Shown here one piece after another: positions 33,388 through 45,897 of a stretch of DNA of 64,000 nt. The notes beneath the pieces are model-generated. The model made no database searches. It was not told the DNA's origin and saw nothing but the letters and a program-made list of their open reading frames with translations. Origin of the DNA: Diplonema japonicum (taxonomy: Eukaryota > Protista > Euglenozoa: Diplonemea); the NCBI GenBank assembly GCA_964019335.1, contig OZ025684.1, forward strand, positions 525,038 through 589,037, read 5' to 3'. The position numbers and the translations under genes were made by a program. Position 1 is the stretch's first letter. Every line of letters starts with the position of its first letter.

Positions 33388-34781
33388 CTAGTTCATTCTG
33401 ATCTCGTAGTTACCGGCCCTTGTTATATACCTCACCCACGGCAATGCTTGGTACCCGGACTGCTCCTCCACTTTGCAGTACCTTACCTGTCGATTTGTTT
33501 CCCTCCCTTCACCCTTCATTCATATACACCCGATGCATACCACAACGTTCGAAACCGAGAAGTAAGGGATCTCAAACTTCACGTTGATGGGCCTCCTGAT
33601 GGCTGCGTCGTGCTGTCTAATGGAGGGCAGGCCGAACGTGCAACGGCACAGGAACTCCTTCATACTTGGGAAGAGCTGTGGGGGGGGGGGGGGGGGGGGT
33701 TTCCCCCCTTTTTTTTCTCCCATACCTTGATAGTCCATTCTACACAGTCTCTATCAGGGATATATTTCACGCTACCAGCATTCTGCTTGAAGACCGGGGA
33801 GTCTGCATCGGGGGGGACAGGGATTGTGATCACGACACCTGACGCTGTGGAAGTTTTCTTGAACTGCGAGGTGGCCTTCACAAGGTACTCAAGCCTTGTG
33901 CCACCGTGGCGCTCGACTTGTGCGTCGATCTTGATAAGAGGCTTGACCTTTGCCTGGAGTCTGTAGGTCATGAGGTCGAACTCCCCATCAGGGGGGATGA
34001 AAGAGATAGTTCTATCCGCGTCGAACCTGTTCAGCTTCACGCACTGGTGGAACCTCACGTCCTCTAGGTCTACCGTCTTCCCCTTCGCTTTCCGGGATGT
34101 GACTTCGAACAACGCTTTGTCGTTGAGCCCGACCTTCACCTCCGGCATCCCTGTCAGCTTCACCCGCATCTTCAAGGCTCCGATGATCTCAGAGTGTATC
34201 ACCTCTCCTGCAGAGTTCATCAGAAGATTCAACGAGTCGACCACATCTAAGAACACTTCGTTCTTCTTATACTTGATCCCGGTTGGTCGCCACGGGCAGG
34301 ACCCGATGGCCCCTGTCATCGCCGACGGCAGGTCCTTCGGCCCGTCGTCATCGTCCAAGATTCGCAGCTTGTGCGACTCTTGTGTGATGTACTGCCGCAG
34401 CACTTTGGGTTCGGTGAACTGCGGGTACCCGAAGTCCATCATCTCGTCTAGCAGTTCGTATATGACAACGAAGTTGTCTCTGATGCTCTCCTCTGTCACG
34501 TTCTCTGTATACTCTTGCAGTACTTTGACCAAGTTATGGAGGTACACCACCAGCATTGCCGCGTTGCAGTTAATTTTACCCATCAGTACAAAGTACAAGT
34601 TGTTATGCTTCACCCAAGCAAACGTCACGCCGCCCACGTTGAAGACGGGCTTCACCTGGCTCTCCTCCTCGTCGATCACCTTCTCGACAAATGTGTCAGT
34701 CGAGTACGGCACGTCATGGCGGTAGTTCCTCGAGATGAGCGCCTTACCTTTGTTGCTCAGCACCACCAGACACGACGCCAT
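33388..34781 (-). CDS. AP1M1: AP-1 adaptor complex mu subunit, 3 exons (introns 33676-33725 and 33487-33540)
   Basis: IRDNFVVIYELLDEMMDFGYPQ; YKKNEVFLDV; FHQCV; SFIPPDGEFDLMTY; spliced C-terminus KFEIPYF...VRYCKVEEQSGYQALPWVRYIT. Confidence 0.93.
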
Positions 34782-35056
34782 GTGTACGCCCAACCCTGTG
34801 GTGAGATGGACCCCTCCCCCCCCTCCCGCAAGCAAAGGCAACACATGCTAAACATATGCTAGTGGATGGAGATTCGAAGCGATGGGCAAAAATATTTTTT
34901 CGTAGGTAATAAAACGGTGTTTCATGGAATATACAAAAGCGGACGAGGAGGATGTTCGTTTTTATGTTGCTCGTTGGAGTTGGTTCAAAAAAAAAAAAAA
35001 AAAAAAAAAAGAAGAAGAAGAAGAAGAAGAAGAAGAAGAAAACAGCAAAAAAAGAA

Positions 35057-35566
35057 CTAAAAGGAAGACATATGTTGTGTAAATATGGCAGGGACCCACT
35101 CCATGGTGCTGTTGAAGGTGTAGCAGTGGATGCCGACGTGTTCTTGGGGGCTGAAGGAAAAGGTGTGAGTGTCGAGGGTGGCACAGCAGCGTTTGTAATC
35201 GATAGTGGCTCTTATAGTGTCGCCAGTGGTGTACACGGAACCCGATTTGTGTGTGACAGAGAGGGATCTAGCGTGGTCTGGATTCAGAATGAAGTCAGGG
35301 TGTTCCACAGGAGCCACTCCAAGCACCATGCTGTAGTACCCATGATGGGGGTCTTGGATCTTAAAGCTGCCTTCCCACCTGTACCCCCTCATTACAGGCA
35401 CCAACGACCTCACCTTCCCTTCCTTCCCCGACCATCTCACCGGGACATTTGTCGCATCTGCTAAGTACCTCAGCACTTCACCCTTCACCCCTCCAGCCAA
35501 CCCTTCGCGCAGGGTAGCACTCTGCTTGAACACCCAGCACATCAACACCCACTCTTCGTCACCCAT
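35057..35566 (-). CDS. Hypothetical protein, possibly SPRY-like beta-sandwich
   Basis: Coding-like ORF; WEGSFKI...MVLGVA, GDTIRATID, WVPAI; may have upstream exons. Confidence 0.4.
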   Translation of the reverse strand: MGDEEWVLMCWVFKQSATLREGLAGGVKGEVLRYLADATNVPVRWSGKEGKVRSLVPVMRGYRWEGSFKIQDPHHGYYSMVLGVAPVEHPDFILNPDHARSLSVTHKSGSVYTTGDTIRATIDYKRCCATLDTHTFSFSPQEHVGIHCYTFNSTMEWVPAIFTQHMSSF

Positions 35567-37499
35567 CCTTTCCACCTACCCACCCACCGGCTGTCATAAT
35601 GTGGTGGTCCGGTTTATGTTGATAATACTGATAAACATATGGACAATGACGTCCTCAACTTAGAGGCAGTTGGCCTTACTGTCGGTGTCCGCTTGATGCT
35701 GCAGCGAAGTGGGCACCGACGTCAAGCAGGATGACCTCATGGACTCAAGCATCCGCCCAGTCGGGCTTCCTTTTTCCCTGAAGAGAAGTTCACCCGAATT
35801 CCAAGGTCATAGCAAACTCCTGTGTAGCTGTGACACCCCTAGACCCCAGACCTTCAAGCGCCAGCGAATGAACTTAAGTGAAGCCTGCCCCGTGTCTCGA
35901 GCCAACATGACCACAGGACCATATAAAGTCATACTTCATACTGTCCCTGCAGAAGATCCTTTCTGGGCAATGTCCACTAAAACTAATTCAGCCTTCTCCG
36001 TGTACTCTTGTAACCTCTGTTCCATGTGTTCGTGGCCAGCATGCCGTCCCGTTGTCACCCTTGTCTGTCATCTGCATGGGCATTGTCACCCTTGCCTTGC
36101 ATCTCGCTTCACGAAATAGCTCGCTAGTTGTCCTGCTCCATTGCGAACCCAAGCCCCGTCCAGCTTATTAGAAACCTCCATCAGGATTGCGAAATTCCCA
36201 TTACCTTCTACCACTGTCGATGGTGGGGGGTTGCATGTTCTTTTTTTTTTCTTCCTTTTTGAATCCACAGCTAGGGAGAGAACAAAGAGGAACCACCATA
36301 AAAAAATATCAATTGTAGAAATGAAAACCAAATTCACTACGATAGGAAACGAAGTGGTAGTAACTACCTTATGCTCCCATTCCCTGCTACCCACCGTAGT
36401 GCCTGACGTTTGCATCTTACAATTCAAAAGAAACAAAAATTGTCTGCTCGGCCTTGTCACCTACTGGATTGTTTTGTCCAGCTTTTCAGTCAGGGTCTAT
36501 TGGAGAACATGCTGCAGCGCCGTCTGCTTCATCGTCAGTATATCGAGAAATGCTGAGGAGGCGCCACAAGTATGTACCTCGAGCTATACAGGCTGGAGAA
36601 GAGAAGAGAGTAAAAGGATCACATTCCTGCTAAGACACTGTATGTTGGCGGCCACTTATGCTGGCGCTAACAAGTGCCTTAGCAGGTGAAGATAGTGAAC
36701 CTGTTTGGAAAGAGTTCCTTTGAACAGGGCGTGCTATTAACGGTATCAATGGCTCGGCCCCTGTAAATGGAACGTCCACCTATTTTCTTACCAAGGCAGA
36801 GTGCATTAACTGTAAGTGAAATAAGGTAATGTGGAGGGGGAGCGCCGATTTTTTTTGTGGCGATTTTTTTAATTCGCCCATACCTCCACAGCACACCCTA
36901 TCTTATCGAGCTGGAGAATACCGGTTTTTTTCACCTCTCCACATTATTTTATCGAACAGTAGCCGCAAGGATTAGGTGCGACACAATCAAGGAAACAAAA
37001 AAAGAGAGGAAGAAAAAGAAAAAGGGAGGCTCTTTTGTATGTTCAGTAAGCATGATATGCAGAAAGTGGCAGAAGCAATCAAAAGCCCCAAACAATCCAC
37101 ACCGACACTTACATGTACCCTCACAGCCATCCTTTGCAAACGGTCATGGTTCAGAACCGTTCCGACAGGAGAAAAAAAAAAGTCGATGTCACAGCAAACT
37201 CCACGCGAGAGCCGCAGGCGGGAGGGGGTATGGTCAGTACTAGGCATCTCTCAGTTTCGGACATGTCTCGCGACTCCTCTAGGAGGTGCTGTCAGGCCTT
37301 CAGTGTTCCCGACCACGGTCTCCGCATTCGCTCTGTGGAGAAGGACAAGGCTATGGAAGAGCCAGGTCCTTGGTGGTTCCTGTGCAGGAAAATAGCTATG
37401 TATTGCCAACAAATAATGAGTCATTATTTAACTCGTAGTTCCCGAATTTTTTGCGGTAACGAGTGTTAAATAATGGCTCATTTGGCGGCAAGTAAGTCG

Positions 37500-37870
37500 T
37501 TTTATTTCACTCTTCGTCATTTGAGTCACTCACTCTTCACTGTTTTCAATGCTGTTTTCTTTCACACAGGTCAGCTTTTTGTAAGGTAAGGTAATACGGG
37601 GTAGCTAGTTCGCCGTGGCATTTCAAGGGGAAGTAAAGCATTTATTCCCACTTTTAAGGGCCAGAATGGCCTCAGATGGCTAAAGAATAGTCAAAATACC
37701 CCCACCCCAAACAAGGTTTTCAAGTGGTTGAGTGCATTTTTTTCACGGCGAGACCCATTTTTTTTTCACTCTGAAGCGCTATTATTAATGGCCTAGTTAA
37801 ATAATGGCCATTTCGCGTTAAATAATGAGTCCCCTAGTGAGTGAAGAAAATGACGAAGAGTGAAATAAAA
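37500..37870. mobile_element. Non-autonomous TIR element (MITE-like) with a perfect 23-bp inverted repeat
   Basis: ttttatttcactcttcgtcattt (37500-37522) and aaatgacgaagagtgaaataaaa (37848-37870); repeated internal ttaaataatg motifs; related end at ~45971-46100. Confidence 0.55.
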
Positions 37871-38090
37871 AAGAAATCTCTCGAGCCTTTTTCAAGTCTA
37901 GTTCTTTAAATGAACTGTATTTATAACCCTTAAAGACCAGAGTTGATAGATAAAAAAATGTTAGGTAACGTCTTGGAAGAAAAATCTTCTTGCTAGAATG
38001 GGGGTTAGGACAGGCCTATCAACGAGTTATCTACGAAGAAGGCCAGGTTTATTTTTTTTTAAAAAAAAAAAGGTGATAATTGGAGCATCT

Positions 38091-39392
38091 TCAAACGTCT
38101 CCTTCATGTTCACATGTTAGGGAGATGAGCTCCGTGTCTGGGTTTACCCATCGTCTGCACTGGTTAAGCATGAAAGCAACGGCCATCAGCAAGGTACCCA
38201 CGAGTGCACCGACAGCACAACAAGAGTACCATTCGACGGCGGCAGCATTGCCTTCCACGTCTTCATCTTCACTACCCACCTCGATGACGGTCGGCTTGTG
38301 CAACGAAGCACCATATGGCGCCCACTTACTTGAGGCGACCACCTGATTCATCTGCTGCCTGATGGCGAATGCAAGGGGTGCATTTACAAACCCATCCATC
38401 GAGAGCCTCACATAGACAGTCACCTGCCACTGTCCGTTTTCAGACACTTCAGCAGCTCTGACACAGTCCGAACATGCCATACCACTACTAGCCCCGGCTG
38501 CACGCACCACAGCACCGCGACCCGAAACCACTGTGTCATGATGTGTACCCTCGTCCGCTGTGCACTTGCTGCCCGTCCATCTGCAGAATCCAACATCATG
38601 CCCTGTGCATACTGCTTTCGATAACTTGGAGCACACCATGATCGCGGGTACAGCCGGCCCCTCCGGATCAGGAACGCACTGCCCGTGGATACTCCTGCAG
38701 TACTCTGGTGTTTCCTGGCAAGCATCTTTTCCCATACAAATAAACGGTCTAATATCAGCTGCTCCTGGGAGGGGGCCATTGTTCACCTCGCACTTGTTGT
38801 CCTTCCAAAGGCAATCACCGAAGATGCTGTGGCACACAGTTTCTTCTTTAATATTTGGGCAGACTGATGTAGCAGGCAACGGGGGACCAACGAGGTTGGG
38901 GATGCACTTCCCATCGGACATGGTGCAGAACTCGGGTTGCACATGGCAGTTCTTGATTTGGCCCAGCTGTGCACACATTGTGTGCCGCAAGTCCCTGCCC
39001 TCGTTGGAGATGTCGGCTACTTCAACAGCAATGCCCTCTGAGACGGCTGGGGAGAGGGACCTGGCCAGCTGTCCTACGTCACTTATGTCACTCACCCTCT
39101 TCGTGAACCTATAGACGGAGACCAGCTTGATAGGCATCGTCATGTCTGTCATTTGGCACCACGCTGCCCCGCAGCCCCGCACAGCCATCACATCCACACA
39201 CTTTTCAACACAATTGAATCGCTTCGCACACATACCAACCTGTGCATAACACGCACACAGTGCCTCACCCGTGAACGCATCTTGTGATTCGCACATTCTC
39301 CCGTTAGAGATAACACAGTTTGAGAATTCTTCGTCGTCACACTGTCCAGCTGCTCCCACAACGGACAGCAACAAGCATGTCACGAGTTGCAT
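38091..39392 (-). CDS. Cys-rich secreted/membrane protein
   Basis: Signal peptide, duplicated Cys module (C.P...GP..PA..VC), C-terminal TM. Confidence 0.8.
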   Translation of the reverse strand: MQLVTCLLLSVVGAAGQCDDEEFSNCVISNGRMCESQDAFTGEALCACYAQVGMCAKRFNCVEKCVDVMAVRGCGAAWCQMTDMTMPIKLVSVYRFTKRVSDISDVGQLARSLSPAVSEGIAVEVADISNEGRDLRHTMCAQLGQIKNCHVQPEFCTMSDGKCIPNLVGPPLPATSVCPNIKEETVCHSIFGDCLWKDNKCEVNNGPLPGAADIRPFICMGKDACQETPEYCRSIHGQCVPDPEGPAVPAIMVCSKLSKAVCTGHDVGFCRWTGSKCTADEGTHHDTVVSGRGAVVRAAGASSGMACSDCVRAAEVSENGQWQVTVYVRLSMDGFVNAPLAFAIRQQMNQVVASSKWAPYGASLHKPTVIEVGSEDEDVEGNAAAVEWYSCCAVGALVGTLLMAVAFMLNQCRRWVNPDTELISLTCEHEGDV

Positions 39393-40131
39393 ATCTTTTT
39401 TTTAATTTTTTGGGAACTGATGTGAGATGAGAGTTCTCTAGAGGAAGGAGTTAGAATGCAATTGTCGAAAAGCGGGGGGGGGGGGGGGGGGGGGAGTCCT
39501 CAGCCCGATTCTTTTTTTTTCCTTCTTTAGGGGCAGCAAGACCTTTGGCCGGGTCTAGGTGCATAACGACACCTCCCCTTAAGCGAGTCATTTCAAGGAA
39601 GTCTGTGTCAGGGTGACGGTGCTCGGCGGAGAGAAGAATAAAGCAGCCCATGCAGGCGAGCGACTGTCACCCAGGCACAAACAGACCTTTCAAAACAGGG
39701 TAACATGGATCGCATTTGGCTTCGGCAAAAGAAAAAGAGGCCATATCTGAGAGGTGGTGCTGCACAGGTTAGAACCCACTCCAATGTGTCGTTTGACAAA
39801 CACCCCCCACCCCTTGTACTTTATTACGTTATGGTACACTTGGAGCGTTGTTCGATTTGTCATCTTGACGTTAAAAGATCAAATCTTCTTCTTTTTTTTT
39901 TCTATTCAAAGTGGGAACGCCTTTTCCGAAAGCCAAGACCCAACCCTAATGGGTACCAACCCTAATGGGTAAACTTGAGAGCTTAACAAACTAATAAGCT
40001 CTAATGAAACTTAAGTCACTTAGTGGATTGCTTTGGAAAACTTGATGATGCTCGTGTCCAGGAGAATGTCAGTCCGACTTTCTTCACAGTATTGTAAACA
40101 AGAAAATATTTCACCCGAAAATAGTGATGTA

Positions 40132-40182
<51 letters not shown>

Positions 40183-41521
40183 GGAAAAAAAACTATTCTT
40201 TTAAGGTATGCGTTTTTGCGCTCACCGGCCTCCTTACGCTCAGTCATCGTTGTCTCCGTTCTGGGGGTTTTGGCAGGTGCTGACTGCGGTGGTCAGACTG
40301 CGTGCAGTCTTGTTAGGGTCGTCGACAGGGATCTCTCGCAAAGCTTCAATGCATAACACGGTCTGCTCCAGTAAAATCGGTCTCCTGTCTTATCCGTGTG
40401 TGGTCCACCGATGCAGCGTAGGGAGTTGACACACTCCATCTTTGGCGCTGGGAAGGCCGCTCCTCTCCTATCCACGTGGTAGAGGTCCTGGATGCGCTTC
40501 AGCACAAAAACATGGGGGGGAGAGAGAAAAGAAGAAAAAAAGATTTCCGGTGATTCGATTTCTTGGTTTTAAGTAACTTTTTCTCCTTTTTTTAAATTTT
40601 TTTTACCTTTTCTCATTTTCCACAGAAGATTAGGAAGAATGGATGGTGCAACAACAACAACAAAAAAAAAAAAAAAAAAAAAAAGAGAGACCTTTAAGGG
40701 TACCTGCGGTGTGTGGCAGGACGCCTGAAGAGTCTCAATCTATCTCTTGATCGAACCTTTCTGCTGTGGTGTGGCCTTCGGCCCCTCGTTCACCCTCCTC
40801 GGTACCTTAGGTATAAAACCCTCAACCGAGTTGGTAAGGACACATGTTCTGTTGCGAAATGTCGAAAGTAGCATTGCATCCCATGCATTTCGTCCGCCCC
40901 CCAACCGTGTCATTAATGACCTTGGGCCCCTACTATCACTTGTAGCACCCTTCGAGCTTTGGGCAGATTGCAGGTCGCCAGGTGCAGGTGTAGCCCGTCG
41001 GTGGCCTCCTCGTCGATGTTGCCCGTCCCCTGAAAGGAGGGTCTGCTCTCTTCTAGGGCCGTTCGCAGGTGGACCTTCAGGAGCTTCCTGACCTCGTGCT
41101 TCAGGGCCCTTGGCTCCAGGGGTACCCATTGCCGTGCGAACTGCGCCCAGTTCCTCCAACAGTTCGTGGGTCTGTCCGAGCATTCTGCAAGGGCCGAAAA
41201 AAAAAGGGAAGAGGGAGAAAGAGGGAAATCACTGGGAGAAGAGCTAGCTCTGGGCCTTAACATGGGGGGGGGGGGGGGGGTATCAAAAGTCGCAAATGCG
41301 CTTTTTTTTGTTTTTTTTAAATTCCACTTCTTTTTCGACTTGCTAAGGCCACACCCTGGGAGTGTGTCAGCCGTATTTCACTTGGCGACACTTTTTTTAA
41401 TTCAATAAAAAAGAGACCCCACGTGTGAATTTGGTGTTCTGATTATTAAATAGTGTTCTTTTTTGTTCTTTTTCCCCCCTTTTTGGCTGAGCAATTCCAA
41501 CCCTGTGAATCTGTTTGAATA

Positions 41522-42886
41522 TTACAAGAGCCTCAACATCTGCTGTGCCATCTCGCTGTTAACAAATGGCTGCACATGCCCAGTGGGGTCAAGGTAGAAC
41601 TCTGAGCATTTCAACTTCTCAGAAACTACGGACAGGCCTTTATCCTGTGTGAGGTTGTAGAAGGGAACGAGGGAACTCATAATGTGGTAGGCATCCACAA
41701 ACTTCCACTTTTTCTTTGCTGCTGCTTTTAGCCCTTCGAGCATTTTTAACTCTGTTTTAACATAGAGCTCATCAGAGCGATGGCATTGCTTCAGACACCC
41801 CAACCAGATTACGATCCCGTCGTCTGTCAGTGCCTCTTCTACAGCCTCGATAATCTTCCCTGGGTTGTTGATCTCCCCCCGCACCCCCCACAGCCCGTTG
41901 TTCAGCACAATGGTGTCGTACTTTCTAGGTTCTTTTTTGAATTGGCTTACAAGCTCTGCAAGCAGCTTCCCTTCCCAATCCGGTCCAAGTGGTTGCTTTT
42001 GATGGCATTCTTCGTAGTTCTTGGCGGACCCCCTGGCACCAAGTCCCCCAAAAGTGAAGACGAAGGACAGTCGCGCCTCTATCGACGGGTCGTAGTAGAA
42101 TCTGCTCTCTCGCTGGTTGTGATAAAAAAGGTCCCTGTGGGTATCTTTGTTTGGCTGCTCCTCCCGTGCACAATCGCAGCACAGTCTATTCCCTTTAAAC
42201 ATCTCCGTCGATGCAGTGACGTACTCGCTGGGGCCGTCCCATATCCTGTTGAATTGCCGAGTTCGATTCCAGTAAGGCTGAGTTCTTAAAGCTTCTTCCC
42301 TCATCTGCGGGGTCGGACTTGTCCATGCATTGACTCTGTTATCTACCTTTGCATTGAAAGGGATGCCCTCCAGCATCTCAAGCAAGCAGATGAACAAGTA
42401 GCGCAGCGTGCTGTCCCCGATGAATAGCATATTCCTAGAAGTCAGTTTCTTCCGTATATGATTCTTCGTATACTGAGGATTGGGGTCTAGGTAGAATTTC
42501 GCAATGTATGGTCTGTTTGCAGGTGGTGCTGGAACCCTCTCCTTCCACTGTACAATGACGTTTACCCCACCAGCCATGTAAGGGTCACCATTCCGGTCCT
42601 CTGTTGACACCCATTGTACATCTGAGATCGGTTCCTTCAGTGGCATCGGACGAGGACGAGCTATCTGCACTTCCGTCCCGTTCGATGCCAGCTGCTGAGC
42701 ATACATTTTTTCTTGCTGAAGGGCTTGATGTACCTGTTCTGGGACAGGTGGATAAGCTGGCTGGGATGGTTGTGTGATGATTGGATCCGGTTTTTTACTT
42801 TGAGCAGGCGTCCGATGCAAGAACTGGTCGGCTGACAATGTGACCAATACCACCACGACCACAAATGCGATGGTGTGTTTAGACAT
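41522..42886 (-). CDS. SGNH/PC-esterase family type II membrane protein
   Basis: N-terminal TM; LFIGDSTLR; LNNGLW; DPTGH near the C-terminus. Confidence 0.8.
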   Translation of the reverse strand: MSKHTIAFVVVVVLVTLSADQFLHRTPAQSKKPDPIITQPSQPAYPPVPEQVHQALQQEKMYAQQLASNGTEVQIARPRPMPLKEPISDVQWVSTEDRNGDPYMAGGVNVIVQWKERVPAPPANRPYIAKFYLDPNPQYTKNHIRKKLTSRNMLFIGDSTLRYLFICLLEMLEGIPFNAKVDNRVNAWTSPTPQMREEALRTQPYWNRTRQFNRIWDGPSEYVTASTEMFKGNRLCCDCAREEQPNKDTHRDLFYHNQRESRFYYDPSIEARLSFVFTFGGLGARGSAKNYEECHQKQPLGPDWEGKLLAELVSQFKKEPRKYDTIVLNNGLWGVRGEINNPGKIIEAVEEALTDDGIVIWLGCLKQCHRSDELYVKTELKMLEGLKAAAKKKWKFVDAYHIMSSLVPFYNLTQDKGLSVVSEKLKCSEFYLDPTGHVQPFVNSEMAQQMLRLL

Positions 42887-44088
42887 GGTTCTTGATCTTA
42901 TTTCCTGAAGAAAGCTTTTTGTCGTCGGAGAAAAAAGAATAAAACTAGGAGGGAAAGAAAAAATAATGCACAGGAATATGTACACATTGGTGGTCCTTTG
43001 TAAAAAAGGTGCCATTGCCAAACATATTTTATTTTCTTTTCTTTTTTTTTTTTAAACCACTAAACCCACATGTCATATAAATAAATAAAAGATGTCTTTG
43101 AAGGGAACCAGCCGTATGTGACAGGATCGCCTTAAAAAAAAAAAAAAAAAAGAGAGAGAAACTACAAACACAGCAACTAAATGAAAATTTTTACACTGTT
43201 CAAGTCAACCCAAATTTCATTTTCCACCGAACACAGTAACTCAATTTCGTTTTTCCACTGTTCCCTGTAAACCATCAAAACTTTCCTTAAAGAAACCTAA
43301 AAATATAAAAAAACTAGGGAGGAATGAATACAACTAAAAAGTTTCGCTTCTTTTCCTTTCTTTTTTTTGAGAGGGGTCAGAGTTTCGGCTTCCATCAGTC
43401 CCTCTTCGTCCCCCTCTTTGCCTTTGCTAGCTACCTTTCCAGGGAAGCTCCAAAGAGGGGGTAGAGGAAAGGGGTGGAATCTCGCAGGCTGCAACCAAGA
43501 AGTTAAAAATCAGAGAAATAAGGGCAGAAGGAGGGGGTTGGACTGTCCGTGGAGGCACCTTGCTACCGCCCCTCACTGGGAGAAAGAAAAAAGGGAAGGC
43601 TTCCAAAGATCACCGAACTATGGAAGCCTGCCCAAAAAAACCAAAAAATCTACGTAAAGCCAACAACAAACAAGCTTTGGAAGGAAAACTTCTGGTTAAA
43701 CCTAAAAATCAACGAAAAACCAACAACAAAGAGGAAAACTCTTCTTTTTTTTTTTTTTTTTTTTTTCTTTTGATTCAAATAGAAGTGGACCCACCCATGC
43801 AAAGCTATGGGGAAGAAACTAAAGGGAGGAGGATGTCAGGGTGCATGGTGGAGCGAACAAGGGATGGGAAAGGCTTTTTTTTTGTTTACATTTTTTTCTT
43901 CTTCTCAACACCGACTCTTCTTTTTTTCTTTTTTAAAGATTCCCCACCAATAGAATTAAAATTCGTTATATTTTTATTACCTATATACATTTACTTTTCA
44001 AGACATGACACTTGGAATGTAACAATAAATACTATAAAAAAAGGTGAAAGTAAAAATAGAGGGGAGAAAGTACCAAATAGTAAAGATT

Positions 44089-45897
44089 TTAGAAACGTAA
44101 CGGAAAGTAACAGAAAATAAGATAATAGTGTGGAATGGATTGCATGGAATAAATATTTGTTAGTGATGTGGAAGAAAGACTGGTCATCGCATTCAAGTCG
44201 ATGGTTTCTAGTTTTTTGCACCCAAACAAGAAGCGATCACCAATGGAATAAATATTGGTCATCCCATTTAAGTTGATGGTTTCTAGTTTTACACACCATG
44301 ACAAGAAGTTATCACCAATGGAAGAAAGATTGGTCATCGCATTCAAGTCAACAGTTTCTAATTTTTTGCACACAAACAAGAAGCCATCGCCAATGGAATC
44401 AATATTCGTTAATTTTTTATTCCTGTACTATTATTTTACATTTAAAGGAGCGCATTCAGTTTCGTTCGCATTCAGTATGTTCTTATATTTTTCGTGGTGT
44501 GTGGGTTAGATACAGACCCGGTTTCGTCCCTTACAACGACCCCTAGGTACGTGGGACTTATCAGGCTGTGTCGCACCTTATGCGGTCCACCTGTGGCCAA
44601 CAGGTGGAGGGCCTGTACTCTATCGTGTCGGGTTGGGTTGGGGGGGCTGGCAGAAGGCTGGAGGTGCTGCGTTCGTTGTCATAGAAGGTGTGTGGGTGTT
44701 AGTACGTAACGGCCCCACATCTGATGCAGTTGCCAATCGTCTACCAGTCGCCTGCCTTCTTTGCTTGCTCCTTTCGTCTTGTGCAGTTCCCCGCTTTGCA
44801 GTGACCTTGGTGGCTGATCACCTGCTTAGTGTGTAGGAACAGTTTGCCAAATACGTTGGTCTTTGTTCCACATCTATTGCATGACAGTGTCGACTTGGTT
44901 GTCGGCTGTCGTGTCCCGTCGCACGTGATGAGGTGTGTGTCCATTCTCTTTTTCGTTGTAAACGGCCTCCCCTGGCTGTTTACCATGACGCCACACCATG
45001 GGCATTTACGTTCCTTGCTGTCATCGTTCCTGGCCCTGCATTTGCCTTCGTGCCTTCTTACAGAGCTCTGTGTGAAGGTAGACCCGGTTCGTGTCTTGCC
45101 CTTCCCACAGTACTTGCATTTGAACGGGCCTTTAGGTTTGCTTGGCCGTTTCTTGGCTCTGGGCTTCTTGGGGTGAAGAAAGATTGGTCATCCCATTCAA
45201 GTTGATGGTTTCTAGTTTAACACACTCATCCAAGAAGCAATCACCAATGGAATCAATATTCGTTAATTTTTTATTCCTGTACTATTATTTTACATCCCAT
45301 TCAAGTCAATGGTTTCTAGTTTTTCGCACTGGAAGAAAGATTGGTCATCGCACTCAAGTTGATGGTTTCTAGGTTTTTGCACTTACATAAAAAAGATTTA
45401 TCAATGGTGGAAACATTGGGGAGGATGAGATCAACAGACGTCAGGTGGTCACACTTTTTAAGAAACCCAGCGTCTATTCTTGTAACACAGCCTGTGGGGT
45501 CGGTGACAATGAGGAACCGAAGTCCAGAAGGAAGGCCTGTCCTTTTCATAGACAAGACTTTGACAGCTTGCGAGTTCCCCACCTCCACCACCAGAACAAG
45601 CTCAGGGTTAACTGCCACAAGACCCTCAAGCTCTGAGACCACTTCTGAGCTCTCAAGCTCCTCCAGCTGAACAGTTCTCATCTCCCTCACCTCCACATGG
45701 ATCATGCAGCTTTCCACAAGCCCAAGTTCCTGAATATCTTCACCCCCATTCCTGTCTAGGACCTCTCCCTCCCAAACCAGTTTGAACTTGCCACTGAGTA
45801 AACCAGCAGCACACCCTGCCTTCTTGTACAGAATTCCTACCATCTCCTTCCACAACACTTCCACATCGTGAACCCCACCTCCTGTCTTCACAAACAC
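44089..45897 (-). pseudogene. Ubiquitin-like domain plus LRR (BspA-like) gene, disrupted
   Basis: FVKT...KLVWEGEVL...LGL...IHV (Ubl); LRR units LETINLNGMTNI.SIGD.FL..C; frameshifts and two insertions. Confidence 0.7.
44407..45174 (-). mobile_element. 5'-truncated insertion encoding three C2HC zinc fingers plus 3' UTR (probable non-LTR retroelement 3' end)
   Basis: Frame 45172-44741 reads CKYC..RRHEGKC, CPWC..THLITC, CNRC..SHQGHC; no start codon at its 5' edge; interrupts an LRR unit. Confidence 0.6.

Noticed and set aside
40208-41263. GC-richer patches with short ORFs
   Set aside because: Possibly exons or relics, but I could not build a consistent gene model.
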